A DNA stretch of 63,693 bases, filler included, from Anaerolineae bacterium (GTDB taxonomy: Bacteria; Chloroflexota; Anaerolineae; B4-G1; DUEL01), in NCBI GenBank assembly GCA_041082215.1. It is 8 parts of 8 records of this genome, joined end to end, with 100 filler letters (N's around TTAATTAATTAA, not from the genome) between each part and the next. Parts side by side here need not be neighbours in the genome. Positions count along the whole stretch, not along the records: positions 25,586 to 57,230 come from JBDOIF010000161.1; positions 57,331 to 58,710 come from JBDOIF010000173.1; positions 58,811 to 62,321 come from JBDOIF010000019.1; 5 more parts are not named here. One strand, 5' to 3'. The notes beneath the pieces were generated by a model. That model saw nothing but the letters and a program-made list of their open reading frames with translations. It ran no database searches and had not been told where the DNA came from. The position numbers were made by a program, and so were the translations under genes. Below are positions 48,501 through 59,019 of this stretch, one piece after another; the first letter of the stretch is position 1, and every line of letters starts with the position of its first letter.

Positions 48501-49454
48501 TTGCGCGCACTGATCACCGGGGCAGGGGGCTTTGTTGGAGATCACCTCTGCGCCTATTTGCTGGAGCATACCGACTGGGAGCTCCTGGGCACGGTCTATC
48601 CCCAGATGCCGGAGGACCCCTGGCCGGCCCCCCGGCTTCGGCTGGTCCATGCTGACCTGCGGAATGCGGAGCAGGTACAGGGGATCGTCGAGGGTTTCGG
48701 GCCGGATCTGATCTTCCACCTGGCGGCCCAGTCCTTTGTGCCGGCCTCCTTCGCCGACCCGTGGGATACGCTGGAGAACAACATCCGCGGGCAGCTCAAC
48801 ATCCTGGAAGTGGTGCGCCGGCAAGGACGCCCGGTGCGAGTGCTGGTGATCGGTTCCAACGAAGAGTATGGGCGTCCCCGCCCTGAGGAGCTGCCCATCA
48901 CCGAAGAAAGCCCCCTGCGTCCAGCCAACCCTTACGCCGTGAGCAAGTTGACACAGGATTTCCTGGGGCTCCAGTATCATCTGGCTTATGGGATGGACAT
49001 TGTGCGGTTGCGGCCCTTCAACCACACCGGTCCCGGTCAGTCCCCCCGTTTCGTCGTCCCGGCCTTCGCCAGCCAGATCGCTCACATCGAGGCCGGGCTG
49101 CAGGAGCCGGTGGTGCGGGTGGGAAACCTGGACGTGGCCCGGGACTTCACCGATGTGCGGGATATCGTCCGCGCCTACCACCTGGCAGCGGTGACGGGGG
49201 AGGCGGGGGAGGTCTACAACCTGGCCTCCGGCATGGCCCGCTCCGTCCGCTGGGTTCTGGAGACGCTCCTTTCCTTCACCAACGCGCGGGTCCGGGTGGA
49301 GGTGGACCCGGCCCTCTACCGCCCCGCCGACACGCCCGTTATCTACGGGAGCGCGGAGAAATTCCACCGCCGCACGGGGTGGGAGCCGCAGATTCCCTTT
49401 GAGCAGACGCTGAGGGAGACGCTGGAATATTGGAGGGGGCGAGTTTGCAGGTAA
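48501..49454 (+). CDS. NDP-sugar reductase/dehydratase, probable GDP-4-keto-6-deoxy-D-mannose reductase (Rmd-like)
   Basis: ITGAGGFVG, HLAAQS, YAVSK, RPFNHTGPGQ, GNLDVARDF; promoter TTGCAA-17-TATAAT at 48442-48470. Confidence 0.85.
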   Translation: MRALITGAGGFVGDHLCAYLLEHTDWELLGTVYPQMPEDPWPAPRLRLVHADLRNAEQVQGIVEGFGPDLIFHLAAQSFVPASFADPWDTLENNIRGQLNILEVVRRQGRPVRVLVIGSNEEYGRPRPEELPITEESPLRPANPYAVSKLTQDFLGLQYHLAYGMDIVRLRPFNHTGPGQSPRFVVPAFASQIAHIEAGLQEPVVRVGNLDVARDFTDVRDIVRAYHLAAVTGEAGEVYNLASGMARSVRWVLETLLSFTNARVRVEVDPALYRPADTPVIYGSAEKFHRRTGWEPQIPFEQTLRETLEYWRGRVCR

Positions 49455-49481
49455 GCAGGTTTGCAATGGGAGGTAACACTT

Positions 49482-51509
49482 ATGCCTAGAGCCCTTATCA
49501 CCGGTATCACCGGACAGGACGGTTCCTATCTGGCGGAGTTTCTGTTAGAGAAGGGATATGAGGTCATCGGGATGGTGCGCCGCACCAGCACGGAGAACTT
49601 CTCCCGTATTCAGCACATCCAGGACCGGGTCACCCTGGTCTCCGGTGACCTGCTGGACCAGGGGTCGCTTATCGCCATCCTGCGGGAGTATGGGCCGGAC
49701 GAGGTCTACAACCTGGCGGCCCAGTCCTTCGTCCCCACCTCCTGGGAGCAGCCCGTCTTCACCGGCGAGGTAACCGCCCTGGGCGTCACCCGCATGCTGG
49801 AGGCCATCCGTACCGTGGACCCCAGCATCCGCTTCTACCAGGCTTCCAGCAGTGAGATGTTCGGCAAGGTCCGGGAGGTCCCCCAGAACGAACTGACCCC
49901 CTTCTACCCCCGCAGCCCCTACGGGGTGGCGAAGGTCTACGGCCACTGGATCACGGTCAACTACCGGGAGTCGTTTGGTATCTATGCGGTTTCCGGCATC
50001 CTCTTCAACCATGAATGTGTTACCGGAGAGACGCCGGTGATCATCCGACGCCACGGCCTGATAGACATCCTGCCCGTAGAGGATGTGGTCCCTCATCGGA
50101 CAGAGCCTCATACGGCTTCCCAATTCACCACCGAGGTGGACCCGGAAGACTCTCTGGAAGTATGGGACGCCAGCGGGTGGACCCCGGTAACCTGCATGAC
50201 GGCGACATGGAACGGCTTTGAACGCAAACCGAACAAGGAAGTGTACCGGATAGCCGCCCGGGGGGCTGTCTATCATACCACTGCGGACCATCAAGTGTTC
50301 GTTAAGGGAAATGACAGCCCCACTTCCCGGCGAACGGATGAGGTACGTCTCGGAGACCACCTGGCCCTGATAGAACTTCCTCCTCCCACCAATGTTATCC
50401 AGATGACCGAAGCGGAAGCGTGGCTGTTGGGCGTCATTGTGGCTGAAGGGTATATCAGCGAAGGGGGGAAAATTCAGATTACCAATCAGGATGCCCAGTT
50501 CCTGGAACAGGTGGCAGAAGTGGCCCGGCAGGTCATCGGGTACCGGAGTCGGCTCGCTGTAGCTCCCAGCGGATTTGAGGGAGGGAAGCCGGTATATCAG
50601 TTACACCTTCCGGGGGCTAACGAATACGGTCGTTATGTCAAAAATGCTATCTACACCCGTTCCGGCTATAAACGGATCCCTCAGCGGGTGCTCAACGCCG
50701 GACCGGAGGTCCGACTGGCATTCCTGCGAGGCTACAACGCCGGTGACGGCCTCCAGCAAGCCCCTATCCGATATGAGTTCAAAGGCTTCAAGACCGCCTC
50801 CGCGCCTCTGGCAGCCGGACTGTACTGGCTGATACAGGTCACCTTAAACCAGCGGGCGATCCTTTCTGTTGAGGAACGGGACGGCCATCTCTACTACCAG
50901 ATCAACCTCAACTCGCCCGATGTGCCGGGACGGAAGGGGCAACATCTGCGGCGACCACTCTCTGAGGTCGTCCAGGTCACACCGATTCCATACCGGGGCT
51001 GGCTATTTGACCTTGCCACGGAGTCCGGCACCTTCCATGCCGGGGTCGGTCAGGGTTGGATTCATAACTCCCCCCGTCGTGGCCTGGAATTCGTCACCCG
51101 CAAGGTCTCCTACGGCGTGGCGAAGATCAAACTGGGGCTGGCAAGGGAACTCCGGCTGGGCAACCTGGAGGCCCGCCGGGACTGGGGCTTTGCCGGAGAC
51201 TACGTGCGAGCGATGTGGCTGATGCTCCAGCAACCCGCGCCGGACGATTATGTGGTCGGAACCGGGATAACCCATTCAGTGCAGGAGCTGTGCGAGGTCG
51301 CCTTCGGGCATGTGGGGCTGGATTGGCGGGACTATGTCGTGCAGGATCCGCGGTTCATCCGACCGGCCGAGGTGGATATGCTGGTGGCCGACCCGACCAG
51401 GGCGCGGAAGGTGCTGGGCTGGGAGCCAACGGTGACGTTCGAGGAGCTGGTCGGTATGATGGTGGATGCGGACCTGGAGCTGGTGAAGCAGGAGTACGGT
51501 CTGGGCTGA
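49482..51509 (+). CDS. gmd: GDP-mannose 4,6-dehydratase containing an intein
   Basis: [36 protein letters not shown]|intein|[16 protein letters not shown]. Confidence 0.95.
   Translation: MPRALITGITGQDGSYLAEFLLEKGYEVIGMVRRTSTENFSRIQHIQDRVTLVSGDLLDQGSLIAILREYGPDEVYNLAAQSFVPTSWEQPVFTGEVTALGVTRMLEAIRTVDPSIRFYQASSSEMFGKVREVPQNELTPFYPRSPYGVAKVYGHWITVNYRESFGIYAVSGILFNHECVTGETPVIIRRHGLIDILPVEDVVPHRTEPHTASQFTTEVDPEDSLEVWDASGWTPVTCMTATWNGFERKPNKEVYRIAARGAVYHTTADHQVFVKGNDSPTSRRTDEVRLGDHLALIELPPPTNVIQMTEAEAWLLGVIVAEGYISEGGKIQITNQDAQFLEQVAEVARQVIGYRSRLAVAPSGFEGGKPVYQLHLPGANEYGRYVKNAIYTRSGYKRIPQRVLNAGPEVRLAFLRGYNAGDGLQQAPIRYEFKGFKTASAPLAAGLYWLIQVTLNQRAILSVEERDGHLYYQINLNSPDVPGRKGQHLRRPLSEVVQVTPIPYRGWLFDLATESGTFHAGVGQGWIHNSPRRGLEFVTRKVSYGVAKIKLGLARELRLGNLEARRDWGFAGDYVRAMWLMLQQPAPDDYVVGTGITHSVQELCEVAFGHVGLDWRDYVVQDPRFIRPAEVDMLVADPTRARKVLGWEPTVTFEELVGMMVDADLELVKQEYGLG
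50016..51068 (+). mobile_element. Intein (351 aa) with LAGLIDADG homing endonuclease domain
   Basis: C1 (CVTGET), TADH block [11 protein letters not shown] and [16 protein letters not shown] block F, terminal HN followed by Ser+1. Confidence 0.93.
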
Positions 51510-51527
51510 TGGGGCAGGAGGCAGGAG

Positions 51528-51872
51528 GTGGGAGGGGCCGGGCTGGCAGAGGGCTGGGAGCAGCGGCTGGTGGAGGTCCTGGCCCAGCCGGATGTGGAAC
51601 GGATTATCCTCTTCGGGTCCCGCGCACGGGGCGAGGCCGATCGGTATAGCGACCTGGACCTCGTCATCGTGCGCCGGACCTCGGCCCGATTTTTCGCGCG
51701 GCTGGAAGAGGTGTATCACCGGTTGGCCGACGCCGCTCTGGGCCTGGGCGTTGATGTGGACATCCTGGTTTATACGCCAGAGGAGTATCAGCGAATGCTG
51801 GCAGAAGGAAATCCCTTTGTGACGATGGTCCATCAGGAGGGAAGGGTGCTCTATGAAAGACCCGCGCGCTGA
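51528..51872 (+). CDS. Minimal nucleotidyltransferase (MNT)
   Basis: ILFGSRARG..SDLDLVIV, VDILVYTPEE. Confidence 0.85.
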   Translation: MGGAGLAEGWEQRLVEVLAQPDVERIILFGSRARGEADRYSDLDLVIVRRTSARFFARLEEVYHRLADAALGLGVDVDILVYTPEEYQRMLAEGNPFVTMVHQEGRVLYERPAR

Positions 51873-52284
51873 GGCGGAGCGGTGGTTTCGACAGGCAGAA
51901 TACGACCTGCGGGCGGCCCGTCATGCAAAAGAGGGGCGTTTCTACTTTGCCGCCTGCTTCCACGCCCAGCAGGCAGCGGAGAAGGCCCTGAAGGCATGCC
52001 GGTATGGCCAGGGGGAACGAATTGTGCTTGGCCACTCGGTCTTTCGCCTGGCAGAGGAGTGTGCTCAGGCAGACCCGCGTTTTGAGGGCCTGGCCCGGGA
52101 GTGTGGGCGGCTGGACCTGTTCTATATCCCCACCCGGTATCCGAATGGGCTGCCGGGCGGTACCCCGGCTGAGGTCTATACGGAAGCGGAGGCAGAGCTG
52201 GCCCTTCATCTGGCTCAACAGGTGCTGGACCGGGTGGCGGAGGTGTTCAACTTTCGGCCTGTCGGAGAAGGAGGCGATGACTGA
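51853..52284 (+). CDS. HEPN domain protein
   Basis: [25 protein letters not shown]. Confidence 0.88.
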   Translation: MKDPRAEAERWFRQAEYDLRAARHAKEGRFYFAACFHAQQAAEKALKACRYGQGERIVLGHSVFRLAEECAQADPRFEGLARECGRLDLFYIPTRYPNGLPGGTPAEVYTEAEAELALHLAQQVLDRVAEVFNFRPVGEGGDD

Positions 52285-53704
52285 GATCCGTTTTGGCACC
52301 GACGGCTGGCGAGGACAGATCGCCGAGGACTACACGTTCGATAACGTGCGCCGATGCGCACAGGGGTTTGCCCGGTATCTGGAAGCCCACGGCAAGGGTG
52401 GGGCGGATGTGGTGGTCGGCCACGACCGCCGCTTCGGCTCCCGCCACTTTGCCATCGCTGCCGCCGAGGTGATGGCAGCCAACGGCTACAGGGTCTGGCT
52501 CACCGAAGGGGCGACCCCCACGCCGGTTATTTCCTACTCCGTCGTGGAACGAAAGGCGGCAGGGGCGATCAATATCACTGCCAGCCATAACCCGCCCTGG
52601 GATAACGGCTTCAAGGTGCGAGATGAGCACGGCGCAGCGGTGGACCCCGAGGGGTTGAGGGAGATCGAGGCGGCGATCCCGTCCATCGAGGGGGTCCGAC
52701 GGGTGGACTTCGGCCAGGCCCAGGAGCAGGGCCGCATCCAGGTGTGGGACCCCGCTCCTGCTTATATTGCCCATATCGGCCGACTGGTGGACATCGAACG
52801 TATCAGGGCGGCGGGGCTCCACATTCTGGTCGAGCCGATGTGGGGAAATGGCATCGGCTGGTTCCCCCGCCTGCTGGAGGGCGGAGCCACCCGCATCACC
52901 GAGATCCACAACGTCCCCAACCCCCTCTTCCCGGAAATGAGCCGTCCCGAGCCGATCCCTCCCAATGTGGATGTCGCCCTGCGGAAGACGGTGGAGCTGG
53001 GGGCGGATGTGTGTGTGATTATGGACGGCGACGCTGACCGGATGGGCATCGGCGACGAGAAGGGGAATTTCGTCAACCAGCTCCAGGTCTACGCCCTCCT
53101 GGCCTACTATCTGCTGGAGGTGCGGGGCGAGCGCGGCCCCATCGTCAAAACTCTCTCCACGACTTCGATGCTGGAGAGGCTGGGGGAGATGTACGGCGTA
53201 CCGGTCTATCCGACCGGGGTGGGCTTCAAGTACGTGGGGCCGAAAATGCTGGAGACAGACGCGATGATCGGCGGGGAGGAAAGCGGCGGCTACGCCTTCC
53301 GCGGCTCGGTCCCGGAGCGAGATGGCATCCTGGGCAACCTCTATTTCCTGGACCTGATGGTGCGCACCGGGATGACCCCCTCCCAACTGGTGGCCCATCT
53401 CTATGAGAAACTGGGGGCCTCGTACTACTACGACCGGGTGGATACCCGCTTCCCGCCCGAGCAGCGGCCGGAGGCGAAGGCCCGGCTGGACAGCGCCCGC
53501 CCCGAAAGGCTCGCCGGCCTCCACGTCACCGACATCGTCACCCTGGACGGCTATAAGTACATCCTGGAAGACGGCGGCTGGCTCCTGATCCGCTTCTCCG
53601 GCACCGAGCCGATCATCCGCGTCTACTGTGAGACGACGGATGAGGGCAAAGTGAAGGCTTTGCTGGAGGAAGGGCTGAGACTGGCAGGACTGCACGGGGG
53701 ATAA
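52277..53704 (+). CDS. Phosphoglucomutase/phosphomannomutase
   Basis: [35 protein letters not shown]. Confidence 0.95.
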   Translation: MTEIRFGTDGWRGQIAEDYTFDNVRRCAQGFARYLEAHGKGGADVVVGHDRRFGSRHFAIAAAEVMAANGYRVWLTEGATPTPVISYSVVERKAAGAINITASHNPPWDNGFKVRDEHGAAVDPEGLREIEAAIPSIEGVRRVDFGQAQEQGRIQVWDPAPAYIAHIGRLVDIERIRAAGLHILVEPMWGNGIGWFPRLLEGGATRITEIHNVPNPLFPEMSRPEPIPPNVDVALRKTVELGADVCVIMDGDADRMGIGDEKGNFVNQLQVYALLAYYLLEVRGERGPIVKTLSTTSMLERLGEMYGVPVYPTGVGFKYVGPKMLETDAMIGGEESGGYAFRGSVPERDGILGNLYFLDLMVRTGMTPSQLVAHLYEKLGASYYYDRVDTRFPPEQRPEAKARLDSARPERLAGLHVTDIVTLDGYKYILEDGGWLLIRFSGTEPIIRVYCETTDEGKVKALLEEGLRLAGLHGG

Positions 53705-53718
53705 CAAGCGGACGCCAC

Positions 53719-53771
53719 TTGACAACTTTGCTCAGGTCATCCATAATGGTAGTATATTGGAACCATTATGG
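53719..53771 (+). promoter_or_regulatory. TA promoter with overlapping operator
   Basis: TTGACA-17-CATAAT; perfect inverted repeat CCATAATGGT (53741) / ACCATTATGG (53762). Confidence 0.8.
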
Positions 53772-53781
53772 AGGTACCCAT

Positions 53782-54024
53782 ATGCCGACGCTGACAATCA
53801 AGAACATCCCCGATGAACTCTATGCCCGGTTAAAGCGCCATGCCGAGATCAATCGGCGCAGTCTGAACAGCGAGGTGCTTGTCTGTATTGAGCGGGCTGT
53901 CCGCAGCCGCCGGGTCTCTCCTGAAGTCGCTTTGGTGAGAGCCCGCAAACTGCGCGAGAAAACGGCGCGATACCTCATCACGGACGAGGAGTTCGACCAG
54001 GCCAAAACGATGGGGCGGCTATGA
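53782..54024 (+). CDS. FitA/Arc-like ribbon-helix-helix antitoxin
   Basis: MPTLTIKNIPDELYARLK..NRRSLNSE. Confidence 0.88.
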   Translation: MPTLTIKNIPDELYARLKRHAEINRRSLNSEVLVCIERAVRSRRVSPEVALVRARKLREKTARYLITDEEFDQAKTMGRL

Positions 54025-54440
54025 TCGTGGTGGATACCAAAGTTATCGGATATCTGTATCTCAGCAGCGAGCACTCAGAACAGGCGGAAAGGGCGCTGTT
54101 GATGGACCCGGAGTGGGTCGCGCCGGTCCTGTGGCGCAGCGAGTTTCGCAACGTTCTGGCCCTGTATATCCGCAAGGGTGTCCTTTCCTTGAGGGACGCC
54201 GTTCGAATTATGGAGGAGGCGGCCTCTCTTATGCAGGGCGGCGAATATGAAGTGGCCTCCTACCAGGTGTTGCAATTGGCTGGAGAAAGCGCCTGTTCGG
54301 CATATGACTGTGAGTTTGTCGCCCTGGCCCGCGACCTGGGCGTGCCGTTGCTGACTGTTGACAGACGGATACTGGAGCAGTTTCCGGACGATGCGGTATC
54401 GCTGGATGAGTACGTCGGGCGGCCGGAGGGTGGCGGTTGA
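54021..54440 (+). CDS. VapC/PIN toxin
   Basis: MIVVDT, SEFRN, SAYDCEF, LLTVD. Confidence 0.88.
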   Translation: MIVVDTKVIGYLYLSSEHSEQAERALLMDPEWVAPVLWRSEFRNVLALYIRKGVLSLRDAVRIMEEAASLMQGGEYEVASYQVLQLAGESACSAYDCEFVALARDLGVPLLTVDRRILEQFPDDAVSLDEYVGRPEGGG

Positions 54441-54479
54441 GAGAACGTTCGCCCTGTGTGCCGGGGAAGGCGGCGACGG

Positions 54480-55244
54480 GTGCGTCTGGTTGATTCCCAT
54501 GCCCACCTGGATTTTCCCCAGTTCGACACTGACCGGGAAGCGGTGATCGAGCGGGCGCGGGAGGCGGGGCTGGTGGCCATTCTGAACGTGGGGACCGACC
54601 TGGCCTCCAGCCGGGCGGCGGTGGCGCTGGCGGAAGCCTGCGACTTCATCTACGCCGCGGTGGGGGTCCATCCCCACGATGCCAGAACGCTCACCCCGGC
54701 GGTGCTGGAAGAGCTGCGGGAGCTGGCCCGCCGCCCCCGGGTCGTCGCCATCGGGGAGATCGGGCTGGATTACTACCGCGATCTCTCCCCCCGCCCGGTG
54801 CAGCGGCGGGCCTTCGCCGATCAACTGGCCCTGGCTGCCGAGCTGGGGCTGCCGGTGGTGGTCCACAGCCGGGAGGCCCACGACGATGTGCTGGCGGCGC
54901 TGCGGGGATGGAGCGGCGTGGGGGTGCTCCATTCTTACTCTGCCGGACCGGAGCGGTTGGAGGAGGTGCTGGCGCTGGGCTTCTCCGTCGGCCTCTCCGG
55001 GCCGGTCACCTTCCCCAATGCCGGGGGGCTTCGCGCCGTGGCGGCGTCGGTTCCGCCGGACCGGCTGCTGGTGGAGACCGACTGCCCCTATCTGACGCCG
55101 GTCCCCCACCGTGGGAGGCGTAACGAGCCGGCCTATGTCCGGTACGTGGTCGAAGCGGTGGCCCGGGCGCGGGGGGAACGGCCGGAGGAGGTTGCCCAGG
55201 CCACAGCCGGGAACGCCGGTCGCCTGTTCGGAATGGCGGTGTGA
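54480..55244 (+). CDS. tatD: TatD-family hydrolase
   Basis: DSHAH, GVHPH, AIGEIGLDY, VHSR, ETDCPYL. Confidence 0.92.
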   Translation: MRLVDSHAHLDFPQFDTDREAVIERAREAGLVAILNVGTDLASSRAAVALAEACDFIYAAVGVHPHDARTLTPAVLEELRELARRPRVVAIGEIGLDYYRDLSPRPVQRRAFADQLALAAELGLPVVVHSREAHDDVLAALRGWSGVGVLHSYSAGPERLEEVLALGFSVGLSGPVTFPNAGGLRAVAASVPPDRLLVETDCPYLTPVPHRGRRNEPAYVRYVVEAVARARGERPEEVAQATAGNAGRLFGMAV

Positions 55245-55351
55245 AGAGAAACCACAGAGGCACGGAGAACACAGAGAGGTTTGAAGAGATTCCTGAAATC
55301 CTGTGGCCTCTGTGTCCTCCGCGTCTCTATGGTTAGATCAAAGCCAGAGGG

Positions 55352-56323
55352 GTGCCCTTGAAGCAGTTACCCTTTCTCGACCTCATTCGGGATGATCTGG
55401 AACGGGTGGAGGCCATCTTGCGGGAGCGGCCTTCAGAGCAGCATGAGGCCATCGGGGTGGCTGTGGACCATCTGATCGGAGGGGGGGGCAAGCGGCTCCG
55501 GCCGGCGCTGGTGCTCCTTTCCTCCCACCTCTGCGGGGCGGACGCGGACAAGGCGGTGCTGGCCGCCGCCGCTGCCGAGATGCTCCACACCGCCACGCTG
55601 ATCCACGACGACCTGATTGACGGATCGCTGGTGCGCCGGGGGGCGGAGACCCTGAACGCCCGCTGGACACCGGGAGCCACGGTCCTCACCGGCGACTACG
55701 TCTTCGCCCGCGCTGCCTACCTGGTCTCGCTCACCGATAACGTCCTCCTGATGCGCCGTTTTGCCGAAACCCTGATGGTCATCTGCAACGGCGAGGTGCG
55801 GCAGATGTTCGACGGGCGGCGGGGGGAGGGGACGCGTTCGGAGTATGAGCGCCGCATCTACGCCAAGACCGCCTCTCTGATCGCCCTCTCTGCCGAGACG
55901 GGGGCCATCCTGGCCGGGGCCGACGATGCCAGGCGTTCGGCGTTGCGGGCTTACGGGGAGCGGTTGGGCCTGGCCTTCCAGATCGTGGATGACATACTGG
56001 ATTTCGTGGCCGATGCGGAGACGCTGGGCAAGCCGGTGGGAAGCGATCTGCGGCAGGGGCTGGTGACGCTGCCGCTCCTGTTCTTCCTGGAGGAAGAACC
56101 GGACCATCGGGTGGTCCGGCAGGTACTGGATCGCTCCCCTTCCGAAGAGGCGCTCCAGGAGGCGGTGGAGGCCGTCGCGGGGTCCAGCGCCATCGCTCGA
56201 TCGCTGGAGGTAGCCCGGGAGTATGCGGAGGGGGCCAAACAAACGTTGGCGGTCTTCGCCGACGGGCCGTACAGTCGGGCGCTTCTGGACCTGGCCGACT
56301 TCACCGTGTCTCGCCGGTTCTGA
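55352..56323 (+). CDS. Polyprenyl diphosphate synthase
   Basis: GGKRLRP, LIHDDLID, RRG, FQIVDDILD. Confidence 0.94.
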   Translation: MPLKQLPFLDLIRDDLERVEAILRERPSEQHEAIGVAVDHLIGGGGKRLRPALVLLSSHLCGADADKAVLAAAAAEMLHTATLIHDDLIDGSLVRRGAETLNARWTPGATVLTGDYVFARAAYLVSLTDNVLLMRRFAETLMVICNGEVRQMFDGRRGEGTRSEYERRIYAKTASLIALSAETGAILAGADDARRSALRAYGERLGLAFQIVDDILDFVADAETLGKPVGSDLRQGLVTLPLLFFLEEEPDHRVVRQVLDRSPSEEALQEAVEAVAGSSAIARSLEVAREYAEGAKQTLAVFADGPYSRALLDLADFTVSRRF

Positions 56324-56325
56324 GT

Positions 56326-57230
56326 ATGGTTGACCTCTCCGTCATCATCGTCAACTGGAACGTCCGCGACCTTCTCCGGCGCTGCCTGTGCTCGTTGCTG
56401 GTCGCTCGTTGCTCGCAGGCAACCGGCCCCCAGCCCCCAGCAACCAGCATCGAGGTCATCGTCGTGGACAACGGCTCCACTGACGGAAGCCCTCAGATGG
56501 TGCGGGAAGCGTTCCCCCAGGTCCGTCTCATCGCCAACGCCGAAAACCGGGGTTTCCCCGCGGCCAACAACCAGGGGATTGAGGTCGCGCAGGGTCGGTA
56601 CTTTCTCCTGCTGAACCCCGATACGGAGGTGGTCGGGGATGCGCTGGCGACGATGGTCGCCTTTGCCGACGCGCATCCGGACGTGGGGGTGGTCGGCCCG
56701 CGGTTGCTGAATCCCGACGGCTCCGTTCAGTCCTCCCGCCGCCGTTTCCCCACCCTGGCGACCGCCTTCTTCGAGTCCACCTGGCTTCAGCCCCGCGCCC
56801 CCCGTCGTCTGCTGACGCGCTACTACGTCCTGGACCGGCCTGACGACGAGATTCAGGATGTGGATTGGGTAACCGGGGCGGCGCTGATGGCCCGGCGGGA
56901 GGCGGTCGAGCAGGTGGGGCTGCTGGACGAGGGCTTTTTTATGTATTCGGAGGAGCTGGACTGGTGCCGGAGGTTCCGGCAGGCAGGCTGGCGGGTCGTT
57001 TACCTGCCTGCCGCCCGGATCGTCCACCACGTGGGCAAGAGCAGCGAGCAGGTGCTGCCCGCCCGTCACATCCACTTCCAGACCAGCAAGGTGCGCTACT
57101 TCCGCAAGTACCACGGCCCGTTTGCCGCCGAGATGCTGCGTCTCTTCCTGCTGGGGAACTACGCCTGGCAGTTGGGGCTGGAGGCGGCGAAGTGGGCGGT
57201 GGGCCATAAGCGGCCCCTGCGAGCGGGGCG
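56326..57230 (+). CDS. Glycosyltransferase family 2 (3' truncated)
   Basis: SVIIVNWN, VVDNGSTD, LLNPD, FMYSEELDW. Confidence 0.92.
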
Positions 57231-57330
57231 NNNNNNNNNNNNNNNNNNNNNNNNNNNNNNNNNNNNNNNNNNNNTTAATTAATTAANNNNNNNNNNNNNN
57301 NNNNNNNNNNNNNNNNNNNNNNNNNNNNNN

Positions 57331-58710
57331 GGCGGAGATTCACCAGGCCCTGGAAACCAACCCCGTGTTGGAGGAACAGCTCACCGAGGAGCGCGTCCCG
57401 GCCAGCCCGGAGGAAGAGGCCTGGGAGGCAGCCCGGCCTCAGAGCAGCGCCGAGGCCGACACCGACAGCCCCGCATCCACCCCGGCCGCCGACGACGCCA
57501 GCTCGCCCCTGGATGACTGGGACTGGGAGAAATACCTCCAGGACCAGGAATTCGCCTCGCGCCTCGAGGAGTATGAAGAGCGGGAGCTGCCGTCCTACGA
57601 AAATCTCAATGCCCAGAAGACCACCCTCAAATCCCACCTGATGTGGCAATTGTCTCTGGCAGGGCTGGATCCGGACGGCCGCACCCTGGGCACCTTGATC
57701 ATCGGCAACCTGGATGCGGACGGTTACCTCCGGGCCACCGTGGAGGAGATCGCCCAGGAAGCCGGCGTTGCCACCCAGCGGGTGGAGGAGGTCTTAAAGG
57801 TCGTCCAGGGCTTTGACCCTCCCGGGGTGGCAGCTCGGGACCTCAAGGAATGCCTCCTGCTGCAATTGGCCCACCTGAACCTGGACCATCCCCTGGTCAC
57901 CGCCATCATCGAGCACCATCTCACCAATCTGGGGAACCGCAATTACCAGGCCATCGCCCGGGACCTGAAGGTGAGTCTGGAGGAGGTGGCCCAGGCGGCG
58001 GAAATCATCGCCCAACTGGACCCCAAGCCCGGCAGCCGCTTCGACTCCGAAGACCCGGCCTACATCACCCCCGATGTCTATGTTTACAAAGTGGGGGAGG
58101 ATTACGTCTGCGTCCTCAATGAGGACGGGCTTCCCAAGCTCCGGGTCAGCTCCTTTTACCTGGAATCCCTGCGCCATCCCCAGAAACTGACCGACAGCGC
58201 CAAAAGCTACATCCAGAAGCACCTGGACAACGCCCTGTGGTTCATCCGCAGCATTCACCAGCGCCAGAAGACCCTGCAGCGGGTGGCGGAGAGCATCGTC
58301 CGCTTCCAGCGGGACTTTCTGGATCACGGCCTCTCCCACCTCAAACCCCTGACCCTGAGGCAGGTGGCCGAAGACGTGCAGATGCACGAATCCACCATCA
58401 GCCGGGTGACCACCGGCAAATACATGCACACCCCCCAGGGGGTGCTGGACATGAAATACTTCTTCAACAGCGGCATCAACCTGGGAGTGGGGGACCAGAT
58501 CGCCTCCGAGAGCGTCAAGGAGAAGATCCGTCAGCTGGTGATGTCCGAAAATCCGGAAAATCCCTTAAGCGACCAGGAGATCGCCGACCTGTTGCGCAAA
58601 GAGGACGTGATCATTGCCCGGCGCACCGTGGCCAAGTACCGGGGCATGCTGGGGGTGCTTCCTTCCAGCAAACGCAAACGCCCGGCCTTGCGGGGCAAGA
58701 ACCGGATCAC
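57331..58710 (+). CDS. rpoN: RNA polymerase sigma-54 factor (partial)
   Basis: GVAARDLKECL, HESTISR, LSDQEI, RpoN box ARRTVAKYR. Confidence 0.96.
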
Positions 58711-58858
58711 NNNNNNNNNNNNNNNNNNNNNNNNNNNNNNNNNNNNNNNNNNNNTTAATTAATTAANNNNNNNNNNNNNNNNNNNNNNNNNNNNNNNNNN
58801 NNNNNNNNNNCCACAGCATTCCCCGCATATTCCACCTCAGGCGCCCCCAGGAGGGGGC

Positions 58859-59002
58859 TTATGCATTTTTGCCGCAGTACCGTTCCAGGCGGTCCAGCGC
58901 CACCGGGTCGTTGCCTGCGGGGATTCGCCCCCGCAGGGCATTGGCCCCCAGCGCCAGAACCACTCCCACAACGATACCGACGACCACCAGCAGCACACCC
59001 AT
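58859..59002 (-). CDS. Small (47 aa) membrane protein
   Basis: GGAGGTGA RBS; MGVLLVVVGIVVGVVLALGANALRGRIPAGNDPVALDRLERYCGKNA*; below the ORF-track size cutoff. Confidence 0.6.
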   Translation of the reverse strand: MGVLLVVVGIVVGVVLALGANALRGRIPAGNDPVALDRLERYCGKNA

Positions 59003-59019
59003 CGTTCACCTCCCGGTGT

